From Candidatus Enterousia sp. (GTDB lineage: Bacteria > Pseudomonadota > Alphaproteobacteria > Rs-D84), in contig JAZLAV010000008.1 of NCBI GenBank assembly GCA_045613315.1, forward strand, positions 20,828 through 84,827: 64,000 nt of DNA, in the 5' to 3' direction. Shown in pieces: positions 50,655 through 62,329 of the stretch. Both the position numbers and the translations under genes were made by a program. The notes under the pieces were generated by a model. The model had not been told where the DNA came from and searched no databases. It was given only the letters and a program-made list of their open reading frames with translations. Numbering within the stretch: position 1 is the first letter of the stretch; each line of letters begins with the position of its first letter.

Positions 50655-51318
50655 AATTAAAAAAATTGTATTTTGTTCGTTGGCAACGGGGTTGTTGATA
50701 ATGAACGCGTCGTTTGCCGCAATGGCGACCGATGATTATGCGGATTCAGAATATGATGATATGTCTGCCGCGGCGGTTGCCGAATACCAGGTCGAAGGCA
50801 GTCTTTTCCAACAAATCACAGATTTAGAACAGGAAAAGGTTTTAATGCAATTGGAAAAAGAACGCGCACAATTGGATTTGGATTTGGACAGGTTGGCGGC
50901 GGAAAAAATCAAATTGCATATGGAAATAGATGCACTTTCCGGCCGGGCCGAGGCACAGCAACAAGAACTGGAAACACAAATGGCTAAATTAGAAGCCGAA
51001 GCGGCACGTTTGGCACGTGAAAAAGAATCGTTGGAAAACGCAACTGAAAACGTTTCAACAACAAAAACAACCACAAAAAAGGTTGAAGAAGAAGAAATTG
51101 AATCCAAAATTGGCGAACATTTTAAATTGGTCAATGTTATTGGTGCCGGTTCACAATTACAGGCAACGGTCGCAGATATGAAAACAGGTCAAAATAAACG
51201 CATTTCTGTGGGTCGTGTTTTGGACGGTTGGACCGTTAAGTCCATATCACTGGACGAAGGTGTTGTGTTTACCAAAGACGGAAAAACCCAAACATTAAAT
51301 GTCACAAGCGGAAAATAA
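50644..51318 (+). CDS. Secreted coiled-coil protein with PilP-like C-terminal domain
   Basis: Signal peptide, a long heptad-rich region (LEKERAQLDLDLDRLAAEK...), and a C-terminal ...VGRVLDGWTVKSISLDEGVVF pattern. Confidence 0.45.
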   Translation: MLDKIKKIVFCSLATGLLIMNASFAAMATDDYADSEYDDMSAAAVAEYQVEGSLFQQITDLEQEKVLMQLEKERAQLDLDLDRLAAEKIKLHMEIDALSGRAEAQQQELETQMAKLEAEAARLAREKESLENATENVSTTKTTTKKVEEEEIESKIGEHFKLVNVIGAGSQLQATVADMKTGQNKRISVGRVLDGWTVKSISLDEGVVFTKDGKTQTLNVTSGK

Positions 51319-52987
51319 TAACACGGCACAGTTTATTATGGATATGGAAAAATATAATGATTTAAACGAAAATACAAATACGCTGGAACAAAAGCCTTCT
51401 GTGCCGGCGGGTTTGGAAAATGCTGAAAATAAAGAGATTATTGAATATCTGTTTTCTAATGGAAATCGTTTGTTAACCGCAACGGGTGGAACAATAGAAT
51501 TATCCAAAGATATGCAGAGTTTGGTCGCATATTTTTCTGGTGGTGAAATTATCGTTTCGCGTACACATCGTTATGACGGTCGTGTGTTGGCGTTCATAGA
51601 TTTATTGAAACGCAAATCGCACATTGTACGTGCACCGTTTTATTCCGATTTGGGTTTGGTTTCCGGTATTTACAAAGAATACGAAGGACGCATTGGTGGT
51701 GGCGCGGTTGCGCGTGGAACGCGTGATTATGATAACCAGATGCAAAAAGATTTTGTTGATATCATCGCACGTGCCGCCGCACAAAAGGTGTCCGATGTTC
51801 ACATAGAAGTTGGTGATCAAACAACCATATATTTTCGTATAGATGGCAGTATGCAACCCGTGTTGGAATATAATTCTGCATGGGGTGAATCGTTCGTTCG
51901 TGCCGCATTTGCATCCGCCGATATGTCCAACGCAAACTATGCACAAAATGAATACCAATCCGCCCAGAAAGATGGTCGCACACCGTTGCGTGGAACCAAA
52001 GATTTATATTTACCAGATGGAATTTTAAGTATTCGTATGCAATTTAACCCGATTGCGTTTGGTTCGCGATATGTGGTGATGCGATTGCTTTACGATAACC
52101 CGAACGCCGGGATTAAAACTGAACAAGAATTTGGCCCGTATGAACAGCGATTGTTGCGTCGTATGCGGTCGTTTCCAACGGGTTTGGTAATTGTAGCGGG
52201 GCCAACCAGTTCCGGTAAATCAACAACACTTGTTCGTAATATGTCGATGATGTTAAAGGAACATAATTACGAAATAAATATGATTACTGTTGAAAATCCG
52301 GTTGAACAAAAAATTTTCGGTGCACATCAGATGCCCGTCACAAATGCAATGGACGAAAAACAACGCGATGAAGCGTATACAGAAGCATTGGCGGCCGCAT
52401 TGCGCAGTGACCCCGATACATTAATGGTTGGGGAAATACGAACATTGGCTGCGGCGCAATTAACGGTGCGTGGCGCGTTGTCGGGGCACAATGTGTGGAC
52501 AACATTACACGCGAATTCGGCAATGGCGGCGTTAACACGATTGTTGGATATGGGGGTCGAACCGTTTAAATTAAAAGAAGAAACCCTTATGCGCGGTTTG
52601 ATATCGATGCGTCTTTTCAAAAAGATTTGCCCACATTGTCGGGAACGTTTGGCCGATCATCCGGAAAATCCGGCGTATAAACGCGTTTTGGATGCGTTTG
52701 GTGAAATTGGTTTGCAACAGGTGTTTGTTCGTGGCGCGGGATGTGATATGTGCCATGGAACCGGTACGTTTGGTCGTATCAAGGCCGGTGAAGTCATCGT
52801 CACAAACGGTGAATTTTTATCGTTGGCATTGGCCGGTAAAACAGAAGATGCGATTAAATACTGGCTGGAAGAAATGGATGGCCGCACATTAAAAGAATCT
52901 GCGTCTGAATTGATGTTGTCTGGGATAATTGGTGTTGATGAATTGGAACGTTGGGTCGGGTTGTTGGATCGACCGGGGGTGTACTGA
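51299..52987 (+). CDS. GspE/PilB-family secretion ATPase (PilQ-of-R64-like)
   Basis: Walker A GPTSSGKST (52198-52224), Walker B LMVGEIR, His box GHNVWTTLH, and tetracysteine CPHC...CDMC. Confidence 0.9.
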   Translation: MSQAENNNTAQFIMDMEKYNDLNENTNTLEQKPSVPAGLENAENKEIIEYLFSNGNRLLTATGGTIELSKDMQSLVAYFSGGEIIVSRTHRYDGRVLAFIDLLKRKSHIVRAPFYSDLGLVSGIYKEYEGRIGGGAVARGTRDYDNQMQKDFVDIIARAAAQKVSDVHIEVGDQTTIYFRIDGSMQPVLEYNSAWGESFVRAAFASADMSNANYAQNEYQSAQKDGRTPLRGTKDLYLPDGILSIRMQFNPIAFGSRYVVMRLLYDNPNAGIKTEQEFGPYEQRLLRRMRSFPTGLVIVAGPTSSGKSTTLVRNMSMMLKEHNYEINMITVENPVEQKIFGAHQMPVTNAMDEKQRDEAYTEALAAALRSDPDTLMVGEIRTLAAAQLTVRGALSGHNVWTTLHANSAMAALTRLLDMGVEPFKLKEETLMRGLISMRLFKKICPHCRERLADHPENPAYKRVLDAFGEIGLQQVFVRGAGCDMCHGTGTFGRIKAGEVIVTNGEFLSLALAGKTEDAIKYWLEEMDGRTLKESASELMLSGIIGVDELERWVGLLDRPGVY

Positions 52988-54057
52988 TGAATCGCCTTAA
53001 CATATGGTATGCGCGTTTGGTGTTTCGTTTGAATACCGAAAAACGGGTTGCGTTGTTGCGTAAATTGGCATCGTTATTGCGTAATGATTTTACGTTGATG
53101 AACGCACTGGGGCGATTGGAAATGATTGAATCTAACAATGGCCGAAATCCGAATGAACCATTTGCAATTGTTATGCGTGCGTGGCAAAAAAATCTGGAAC
53201 GGGGATTAAGTTTTTCTGATACAACCCGTGGATGGTTGCCGGACGAAGAAACGTTATTGGTGACCAGTGGTAATATTTCCAATTTAGTTATTGCGTTGGA
53301 AAATACGACACGTGTTGTGGAAAGTGCCGGTCGTATTCGTCGCGCGGTACGTGGTGCGATTGCATATCCATTGTTTTTGTTGGTTTTAACATTTGGTATT
53401 ATTGTTATGGTTGGCCTTTATTTGGTCCCCCCGTTGGTAGAAGTTGCCGGAACCGATGTTGTATGGCGTGGTGCGGCGCGCGGGTTAATATCTATGTCCG
53501 ATTTTACCGTGCGTTATTGGTATATTTTTGCGGTCGTGTTCGTGATAGCGGGTATTGTGATATGGCTGTCGTTGGCAAATTGGTCGGGGCGTATGCGTGC
53601 AGTGTTCGATAAATTGCCACCATGGAATATATACAAGGTTCATATTTCGGTTGGTTGGTTGATGTCTTTGTCGTCTATGATTGCCGCCGGTATTACAATG
53701 CCGGATGCAATTCGTATGTTGGCGGATAATGCGCGTCGATATTTGCGGTCTATTTTGGATGAAACATTGCACTTTATTGCCAATGGTGATAATTTAGGGG
53801 TTGCGTTATCCAAGACGGGGCGTGATTTTCCAAATCGTGAAATTATTGGCGATTTGATGATTTATGCCGATATGACTGATTTTGATAAAAATGTGACATC
53901 GATTGCGAACGATTATTTGGATGAATCTGTGCGTAAAATGGAATCGATTTCCAATGTGTTGAACAGTATTGGAATCTTGATGGTGTCTGCAATAATTGCG
54001 TGGGTTGTTTTGGGAACGTTCCAAATGCAGGACCAAATTACGGCGGTGCTTAGTTAG
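52987..54057 (+). CDS. GspF/PilC-family inner-membrane platform protein
   Basis: About 357 aa with three TM segments and the duplicated T2SS-F fold pattern. ATG 52987 overlaps the ATPase TGA. Confidence 0.8.
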   Translation: MNRLNIWYARLVFRLNTEKRVALLRKLASLLRNDFTLMNALGRLEMIESNNGRNPNEPFAIVMRAWQKNLERGLSFSDTTRGWLPDEETLLVTSGNISNLVIALENTTRVVESAGRIRRAVRGAIAYPLFLLVLTFGIIVMVGLYLVPPLVEVAGTDVVWRGAARGLISMSDFTVRYWYIFAVVFVIAGIVIWLSLANWSGRMRAVFDKLPPWNIYKVHISVGWLMSLSSMIAAGITMPDAIRMLADNARRYLRSILDETLHFIANGDNLGVALSKTGRDFPNREIIGDLMIYADMTDFDKNVTSIANDYLDESVRKMESISNVLNSIGILMVSAIIAWVVLGTFQMQDQITAVLS

Positions 54058-54133
54058 TGGTTGATGGTTAGTTAGATAAGACAAAAAACACCGGCAAAGG
54101 CCGGTGTTTTTACTAACCACTAACACTAACCAC
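54049..54133. terminator. Full-length terminator element: heptamer arm - hairpin - inverted heptamer arm
   Basis: CTTAGTTAGTGGTTGATGGTTAGTTAGATAAG (54049-54080), ACACCGGC-AAAG-GCCGGTGT (54088-54107), and ACTAACCACTAACACTAACCAC (54112-54133). Confidence 0.85.
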
Positions 54134-54134
54134 T

Positions 54135-54704
54135 TTAAACCATAAATGGCAGGTTTTCCAATGTGCCTTCGGCAACACGAACGTTAACGTCAATCATCAT
54201 AAATATTGAATCCGGGGTTTTCGGAATGTCGCCCGAAAACAGGTTTGTATCCAATAAGTGTGATGTGTTGACCGACATTTTTGTTATTAAATGGTCGTCA
54301 TCCAGCAGGGTGTAAATCGGCCCAATATCGCGTGGTGTGTTTTCGCCAATTTCGTGTTCATTTTGTGGACAACGCAGACCATCAAATAATGTCTTGATTC
54401 GATTGTCTATGTCACTGCGTGAAACACCGACAATTTCCGGATGCAACATTTGGATTTCCAATTCCGCCAATAATTTCAGGTTTGGCGTAATAATCGGATT
54501 CCAATCTATCCCGCCAATGTGCCGCGTGGTAATCGGACTTTTGGTCGCGTTTGGCATCATATATTGCGTCAAATTGTTCCACGGACTGTGTTCCAATAAT
54601 TTTTTTAATTGTGGATGAAATTGCATACGAATATCGGATATATGTTGGGCGCGTTTTTTCGGATTAACCAAAATGTCGCCAAAATACAATAATTTAAATT
54701 TCAT
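54135..54704 (-). CDS. Hypothetical protein, weak RusA-like resolvase motif
   Basis: 189 aa. SRSDIDNRIKTLFDGL ... LLDDDHLI resembles the RusA D-x-D-N...K...D-x-L ... DD core. Low certainty. Confidence 0.3.
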   Translation of the reverse strand: MKFKLLYFGDILVNPKKRAQHISDIRMQFHPQLKKLLEHSPWNNLTQYMMPNATKSPITTRHIGGIDWNPIITPNLKLLAELEIQMLHPEIVGVSRSDIDNRIKTLFDGLRCPQNEHEIGENTPRDIGPIYTLLDDDHLITKMSVNTSHLLDTNLFSGDIPKTPDSIFMMIDVNVRVAEGTLENLPFMV

Positions 54705-54762
54705 TTTTTTACCCCTTTTTTCTTGAAAATTATAGCATAAATTGCTATGTTTTACACGTTAA

Positions 54763-57179
<2,417 letters not shown>

Positions 57180-57180
<1 letters not shown>

Positions 57181-57833
57181 TGTTTGACAAAGATTGGTTC
57201 TTTAATCTTGAAAAACAAATAAGAAAAATGGGCGCCGATTCCGACGCCCAAAGTTTTGATGAAATACGCGAAAACCTGTCACATCCGCGCAGGTTGTCGC
57301 CGATTGCGTTTGCCGATATGTGCAACTATGTGATTCTGGCGGGCGGGTTTTCACAAAAAACCGCGAAAAAAATTCATGCCGAAATCACGGAATATTTACA
57401 TAAAAACGGTGCAAACTTTGATGGTTTGTTTTCAATGTTTCACAACAAAAATAAAATAAATGCGATATGTGAAATTTGGCGCAATAAAAATACGCTGTGT
57501 GCCGAATATTACGGTTTACACGATCTAGATAAAAAATTGAAATTTTTATCGCAAATGCCACATATTGGAAAAATTACTGCAAATCATTTGGCGCGAAATC
57601 TGGGCGAAGATGTTGTGAAATATGATATTTGGATTCAACGGTTGGGGATTGTGTATGACGGGAATAGTGTGTTATCGCAAAAAATAAACAACGGGAACCT
57701 GGCACCTGAAATTAAAAAGGTCTGTGATGATATGTTCACGCACATAAATCAAGAAACCGATTTACCACGCGGATATATAGATGTTGTGCTGTGGAAGGCG
57801 TGCCAGTTGGGCATTATAAAAATAAATATTTAA
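57180..57833 (+). CDS. HhH-GPD superfamily glycosylase-like protein without Fe-S cluster
   Basis: MPHIGKITANHLARNLG...KYDIWIQRL parallels EndoIII LPGVGRKTAN...VDTHIFR (Lys and Asp conserved). TGATG overlap with gyrB. Confidence 0.45.
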
Positions 57834-57834
57834 T

Positions 57835-58626
57835 TTATCTGTTTTTTAATTTTTTGCGAATTATGCGTACCAATTTGCGTATCCCACGAAATGGATTTCG
57901 GATGCATTGCAATGTGTAATAAAACGCAATTCGTGGATGGCGACGCAAACGAATTTCTTTGATTTTATCGCCCGTTTCGCGCGTTCCTGAACGATTACGG
58001 GATTCGGTTGCGGGTTTTATTCTGTAGAAAAACAGCGGTATTTCGGTGCGATAAATCTTTTGATTATCGTCCAGAAAGCACAACCAAAAATCATAATCTT
58101 CGCCCCCCAGGCGGTTTAATTCCATACAATATCCACCGTATTTTTCCCACAAATTTTTCGGGAACAGCGATGAATTATGAATACCGTTGCGACCCCCGTA
58201 CATATTAAAACGATTTATCGACGGCATTTTCCATAACGACCCAGGTGTTGCATCAAACAAAATACCCATCGGACACACCACAGAATATTTTGTCGTGGTG
58301 ATAATGTGATAAAGGTATTCCAAACAATTTGGTGCAATCATATCGTCACTGTCCAGTGGAAAAATATATTTCCCGCGGGCGGCGGCAATCGCATTGTTTC
58401 GCGCGGCACATATACCGGTGTTTTGTTGGGTTATGACGCGAATGCGTGGATCGCGCGTGGCATAATCGTTAAATATTTCCAGGGCATTATCCGGTGAACC
58501 ATCGTTGATACATATTATTTCAATGTCGGATAATGTTTGCGATAAAACACTGTCCAGACACGCGGGTATGTATTTCGCCGTGTTATACGCCGGAATAATG
58601 ACTGATATTTTTGGACTTTTATTCAT
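57835..58626 (-). CDS. Family 2 glycosyltransferase
   Basis: ISVIIPAYN, INDGSPD and LDSDD motifs. Confidence 0.85.
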   Translation of the reverse strand: MNKSPKISVIIPAYNTAKYIPACLDSVLSQTLSDIEIICINDGSPDNALEIFNDYATRDPRIRVITQQNTGICAARNNAIAAARGKYIFPLDSDDMIAPNCLEYLYHIITTTKYSVVCPMGILFDATPGSLWKMPSINRFNMYGGRNGIHNSSLFPKNLWEKYGGYCMELNRLGGEDYDFWLCFLDDNQKIYRTEIPLFFYRIKPATESRNRSGTRETGDKIKEIRLRRHPRIAFYYTLQCIRNPFRGIRKLVRIIRKKLKNR

Positions 58627-58672
58627 ACTGAAAATGGTATATAAATAGATTGTTGTTGTAAAGAGTTTTATT

Positions 58673-59335
58673 ATGGATGTGAAAATAGAACAATCATGGA
58701 AAGATGCGTTGCGCGCGGAATTTGATAAAGATTATTTTATCAAATTGACCGATTTTGTGCGCAGTGAATATAAATCTGGAAAACAGATATTCCCGGAACC
58801 CAAAAATATTTTTAATGCATTTAACCTTTGTCCAATTTCCGATGTTCGCGTTGTTATAATTGGCCAGGATCCATACCACGAACCCGGCCAGGCACACGGG
58901 CTTTGTTTTTCTGTGTTGCCACCGACACCTGTGCCACCATCCTTGAAAAATATTTATAAAGAAATTGAATCTGATTTGGGGCGGCCATCAAAAACAAATG
59001 GCGATTTAACATATTGGGCACGCCAGGGGGTATTGTTGTTAAACGCAACATTGACTGTGCGGGCACATGTGGCGGCATCCCATGCTGGACACGGTTGGGA
59101 ACAATTTACCGATGCGGTCATTCGCGAGTGTAGCCGGCGCGATAATATTGTTTATATGTTGTGGGGGTCGTATGCCCAGAAAAAAGCCGCATTTGTTGAT
59201 GCGTCTAAAAACCTGGTGCTGAAAAGCGCGCATCCATCGCCACTATCGGCGTATAACGGATTTTTTGGCAATCATCATTTTAGCCGTGCAAACGAATACC
59301 TGGTGGCGCACGGAAATCAACCAATCGATTGGTAA
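58673..59335 (+). CDS. ung: Uracil-DNA glycosylase (family 1)
   Basis: GQDPYH and HPSPLSA motifs. Confidence 0.95.
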   Translation: MDVKIEQSWKDALRAEFDKDYFIKLTDFVRSEYKSGKQIFPEPKNIFNAFNLCPISDVRVVIIGQDPYHEPGQAHGLCFSVLPPTPVPPSLKNIYKEIESDLGRPSKTNGDLTYWARQGVLLLNATLTVRAHVAASHAGHGWEQFTDAVIRECSRRDNIVYMLWGSYAQKKAAFVDASKNLVLKSAHPSPLSAYNGFFGNHHFSRANEYLVAHGNQPIDW

Positions 59336-59899
59336 TTAAAAGTTGCGATTTACCCCAATCCCAAAAAACGCATAGGAATGGTTTTCTTCGGCGGTGTTCG
59401 CATTGGAAAAATGTTGTGCATATAATTCAACACCCCATTTTTCGTTTATACGGTACCCATAGAATAATTTAAATTCGAACAATAATTTGGCCCCCAGACG
59501 CTCGTTTTCCTGGGCCTGGAGTCCGACACCGGCACCAACGCCCGTGTACCAGTTGTCGCCATAGAAAAGTGCAATATCGCCCGAACCCAAAACCAATGGA
59601 ATCGTAAAATCGGTCCAATCCCATCCATATTTTTTGCCCAACCCCAACGTTTCGGCCACATTAAGCGATTGTCGCGCCGGTAATTTAAAGAACGTTGTCG
59701 GTTGTGAATACTGGAATTGTGCGATAAAGAACGGAACCGGATGATACGGTAACGGGACAATATACCCATTATCAACGCCCGCCCCCAGGTAAAATGCGAC
59801 TTGATTTTCGGCATCGCCCATAAATGGATTGGTTTCGGCATTTGCGTTGCATATGCATACAGCAGCCAACAAAGATAATGCAAATTTTTTCATAACCAT
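59336..59899 (-). CDS. Outer-membrane acyloxyacyl hydrolase / lipid A 3-O-deacylase (PagL-like)
   Basis: Signal peptide, beta-barrel-like alternation, a C-terminal HFSNA...N motif, and a terminal Phe. Confidence 0.65.
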   Translation of the reverse strand: MVMKKFALSLLAAVCICNANAETNPFMGDAENQVAFYLGAGVDNGYIVPLPYHPVPFFIAQFQYSQPTTFFKLPARQSLNVAETLGLGKKYGWDWTDFTIPLVLGSGDIALFYGDNWYTGVGAGVGLQAQENERLGAKLLFEFKLFYGYRINEKWGVELYAQHFSNANTAEENHSYAFFGIGVNRNF

Positions 59900-59950
59900 G
59901 GAATATTATCATTTTTGTGGGATGCGGGCAAGGGGTTTTGTTCAAATATC

Positions 59951-59978
59951 TTGCAAAATGAAAAATGTTTGTTATAAT
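59951..59978 (+). promoter_or_regulatory. Promoter of tRNA(CAT) (TTGCAA-N16-TATAAT)
   Basis: Hexamers at 59951-59956 and 59973-59978. Confidence 0.6.
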
Positions 59979-59988
59979 GCGGTGCATT

Positions 59989-60065
59989 GGCGGGATAGCT
60001 CAGCTGGTTAGAGCAGCGGAATCATAATCCGCGTGTCGGGGGTTCAAGTCCCTCTCCCGCTACCA
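59989..60065 (+). tRNA. tRNA with CAT anticodon (elongator Met or lysidine-modified Ile2), CCA encoded
   Basis: 77-nt cloverleaf with anticodon loop ATCATAA. It is not the initiator, because positions 1-72 are paired as G-U. Met versus Ile2 cannot be decided by eye. Confidence 0.9.
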
Positions 60066-60078
60066 AAGATAATAAAAA

Positions 60079-60103
60079 ACACCGGTGTTTGCCGGTGTTT
60101 TTT
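60079..60103 (+). terminator. Terminator-element copy (no arms)
   Basis: ACACCGG-TGTTTG-CCGGTGT plus a T-run. Confidence 0.85.
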
Positions 60104-60124
60104 GTTGTTTTTATGATGTTAAAA

Positions 60125-60502
60125 TTAACATATTTCCGCATCACCAAAGCCAAACTGTGCTAGCGAGTTTTCCCGTGCCTGGGTACAGATGTATTGCATG
60201 TCGGTATTGCCCGTGTTTGACAATGTGCGTTTTGTGTCCGTCGCGACACGAATCGCGGTGCCGGGTTTGATTTCAATCGTTTCATCTTCAACCATAAAAT
60301 TCCCATTACCAGACAGGAATATATAAATCTCTTCATTTTGTTTATGAATGTGATTAAAGGGTGATGATACGCCCGCGGGCATAACACTAACCGATATTTC
60401 GGCGGATGTTAATTTTAATGTGTCGTGTAAAAACATCTTGCCGTGATCGGCCGTGGCAACATCGGCCCATGAACCAAAATTTGTGATAGAATATTTTTCC
60501 AT
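60125..60502 (-). CDS. Cupin domain protein
   Basis: 125 aa with a cupin_2-like HIHKQNEEIY...G...PG motif pattern. Confidence 0.7.
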   Translation of the reverse strand: MEKYSITNFGSWADVATADHGKMFLHDTLKLTSAEISVSVMPAGVSSPFNHIHKQNEEIYIFLSGNGNFMVEDETIEIKPGTAIRVATDTKRTLSNTGNTDMQYICTQARENSLAQFGFGDAEIC

Positions 60503-60587
60503 AGTTTTATCCTTTGTTTTTTGTACGATTGGATTATATTTTGAAAAACAAACTTTGTAAAGCGCCGGATTTATGTATGATTTTTCG

Positions 60588-60616
60588 TTGACTTTGGGTC
60601 AATGAATTTGTATAGT
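60588..60616 (+). promoter_or_regulatory. Promoter TTGACT-N17-TATAGT with inverted repeat TTGAC-N5-GTCAA over the -35
   Basis: Inverted repeat at 60588-60602 and the -10 at 60611-60616. This is a candidate operator for the downstream TetR. Confidence 0.5.
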
Positions 60617-60640
60617 GTTGAAAAAAGAGGGGTGGTTTTA

Positions 60641-61156
60641 ATGTGTGCAATTGTTATATATTTTTCCCGAGTAGGGCAAAATTATTCAAATGGTTCGATT
60701 GTAAATCTGGTGCGCGGCAACAGTGAAATTGCGGCGGAATATATTCGTGATATTACCGGGGCCGATTTGTTCAATGTAAAACCGGTTGTGGAATATCCGG
60801 TGGACTATATGGAATGCACCGATGTTGCCAAAGATGAATTGCGTGAAAATGCCCGACCGGCGGTCGTCGAAATGCCTGGCGATTTGTCGTCATATGATAC
60901 GATCTTTATCGGCGGGCCGATTTGGTGGGGAACGTATCCGATGCCACTTTTTACGGTTTTGGAACAAATAGATTGGATCGGTAAAACAGTTTTGCCATTT
61001 TCCACGCACGAGGGTTCTGGGCTTGGTAATGTTATGCGCGATATGAAACGTGTGTGTGTCGGTGCAAATGTGCGGACCGGGTTGGCGATACACGGGTCGT
61101 CGGTCAAATCGTCGCGTGGCGACATCGAAAAATGGATTGAACAAGAAACAAAATAA
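60641..61156 (+). CDS. Flavodoxin-like protein (Flavodoxin_4-type)
   Basis: IVIYFSRVGQNY and FIGGPIWWGTYPMP. ATG 60641 lies behind an AGAGGGG SD. Confidence 0.75.
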   Translation: MCAIVIYFSRVGQNYSNGSIVNLVRGNSEIAAEYIRDITGADLFNVKPVVEYPVDYMECTDVAKDELRENARPAVVEMPGDLSSYDTIFIGGPIWWGTYPMPLFTVLEQIDWIGKTVLPFSTHEGSGLGNVMRDMKRVCVGANVRTGLAIHGSSVKSSRGDIEKWIEQETK

Positions 61157-61167
61157 CGGGGGTAAAA

Positions 61168-61710
61168 ATGAAAAAAACTTTAACGGCGATAATTGCAACA
61201 TTGGCCATCGTGGGTACGGTGGATGCCAAAAATCTTACAGTATATTTTTCTGTGTCGGGAAATACGGAACGATTGGCGAATGTGATTTATGAAAACGCCG
61301 GTGGTGACATTGTAAAAATAACGCCATTAAATGCGTATCCGGCGGATGATTATCATAACCAGGAATTTACAGCGATGGCACAACGCGAAAAAAACGAAAA
61401 TGCGCGTCCGGAAATTGCCGATATAAATGTCGATTTGGCTGAATATGATACGGTGTTTATTGGATATCCAATCTGGTGGGGTTCGATGCCGATGGCGGTT
61501 TATGCTTTTATGGATAAATATGATTTGTCGGGAAAAACAATCGCCCCATTTAACACGCATGAAGGATCTGGTGCCGGGGACTCGCGTGGCGAAATTGCAC
61601 GATTGGAACCGTCGGCAACCATTGTTGATGGGTTGATGGTGCGTGGTGGCGATACATTGAATGACCAAACGGATGTGGTAAAAGCTTGGTTGGAACGCAT
61701 AGGCAAATAA
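61168..61710 (+). CDS. Flavodoxin-like protein with N-terminal signal peptide
   Basis: MKKTLTAIIATLAIVGTVDA, then VYFSVSGNTERL and FIGYPIWWGSMPMA. It is a paralog of the upstream gene. Confidence 0.75.
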   Translation: MKKTLTAIIATLAIVGTVDAKNLTVYFSVSGNTERLANVIYENAGGDIVKITPLNAYPADDYHNQEFTAMAQREKNENARPEIADINVDLAEYDTVFIGYPIWWGSMPMAVYAFMDKYDLSGKTIAPFNTHEGSGAGDSRGEIARLEPSATIVDGLMVRGGDTLNDQTDVVKAWLERIGK

Positions 61711-61711
61711 A

Positions 61712-62329
61712 ATGACAAATCGTGAACGAGCCGCGCTGGAAACGCGTGAAAAATTATTAAAGACAGGGCTTAAACTTATTAAAAAGCACGGTCTGGAAAA
61801 TATTACTGTGTTGGACATCACAAACGCCGCCGGTGTAGCCAAGGGGACCTTTTACACATATTTTGATCGCAAGGAAGATATCGTATTCGAAATATGTCGC
61901 GATGCGTTTGGCGATATTGAATCCGATTTCTATGACGATAAATCAGGCGATGTTGTGAAAAAATTAACCAAATATTTTCACGCGTTTATGGTCGAGGTTG
62001 AAAGATATGATATAAATATCTGTCGTGAATGGATTCGTGATGTAATAAATCCGAATACTGCACCGGAAAACCGCGATTCGCAAAAATGGGTTTTCGATAC
62101 GCGTATGCTAATTCGTATGTTGCAGACGTTGGTGAAAAATGGCGAGTTGTCGAAAAAAGCACCAATCGGTGCGTTTGCATATATTATTATGTCAGAATTA
62201 TATGGTATGATGACCGGGTGGTGTATGTCTGATGGTGCGTTTGAACCGTTGGATTGGACGGCGCGTTTTTGTGAATTACAATTAAAGCCAATGTTGGTAC
62301 CATATTTAACCAAAAGGAAAAAGAGATGA
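61712..62329 (+). CDS. TetR/AcrR family transcriptional regulator
   Basis: N-terminal HTH ITVLDITNAAGVAKGTFYTYF. Confidence 0.85.
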   Translation: MTNRERAALETREKLLKTGLKLIKKHGLENITVLDITNAAGVAKGTFYTYFDRKEDIVFEICRDAFGDIESDFYDDKSGDVVKKLTKYFHAFMVEVERYDINICREWIRDVINPNTAPENRDSQKWVFDTRMLIRMLQTLVKNGELSKKAPIGAFAYIIMSELYGMMTGWCMSDGAFEPLDWTARFCELQLKPMLVPYLTKRKKR

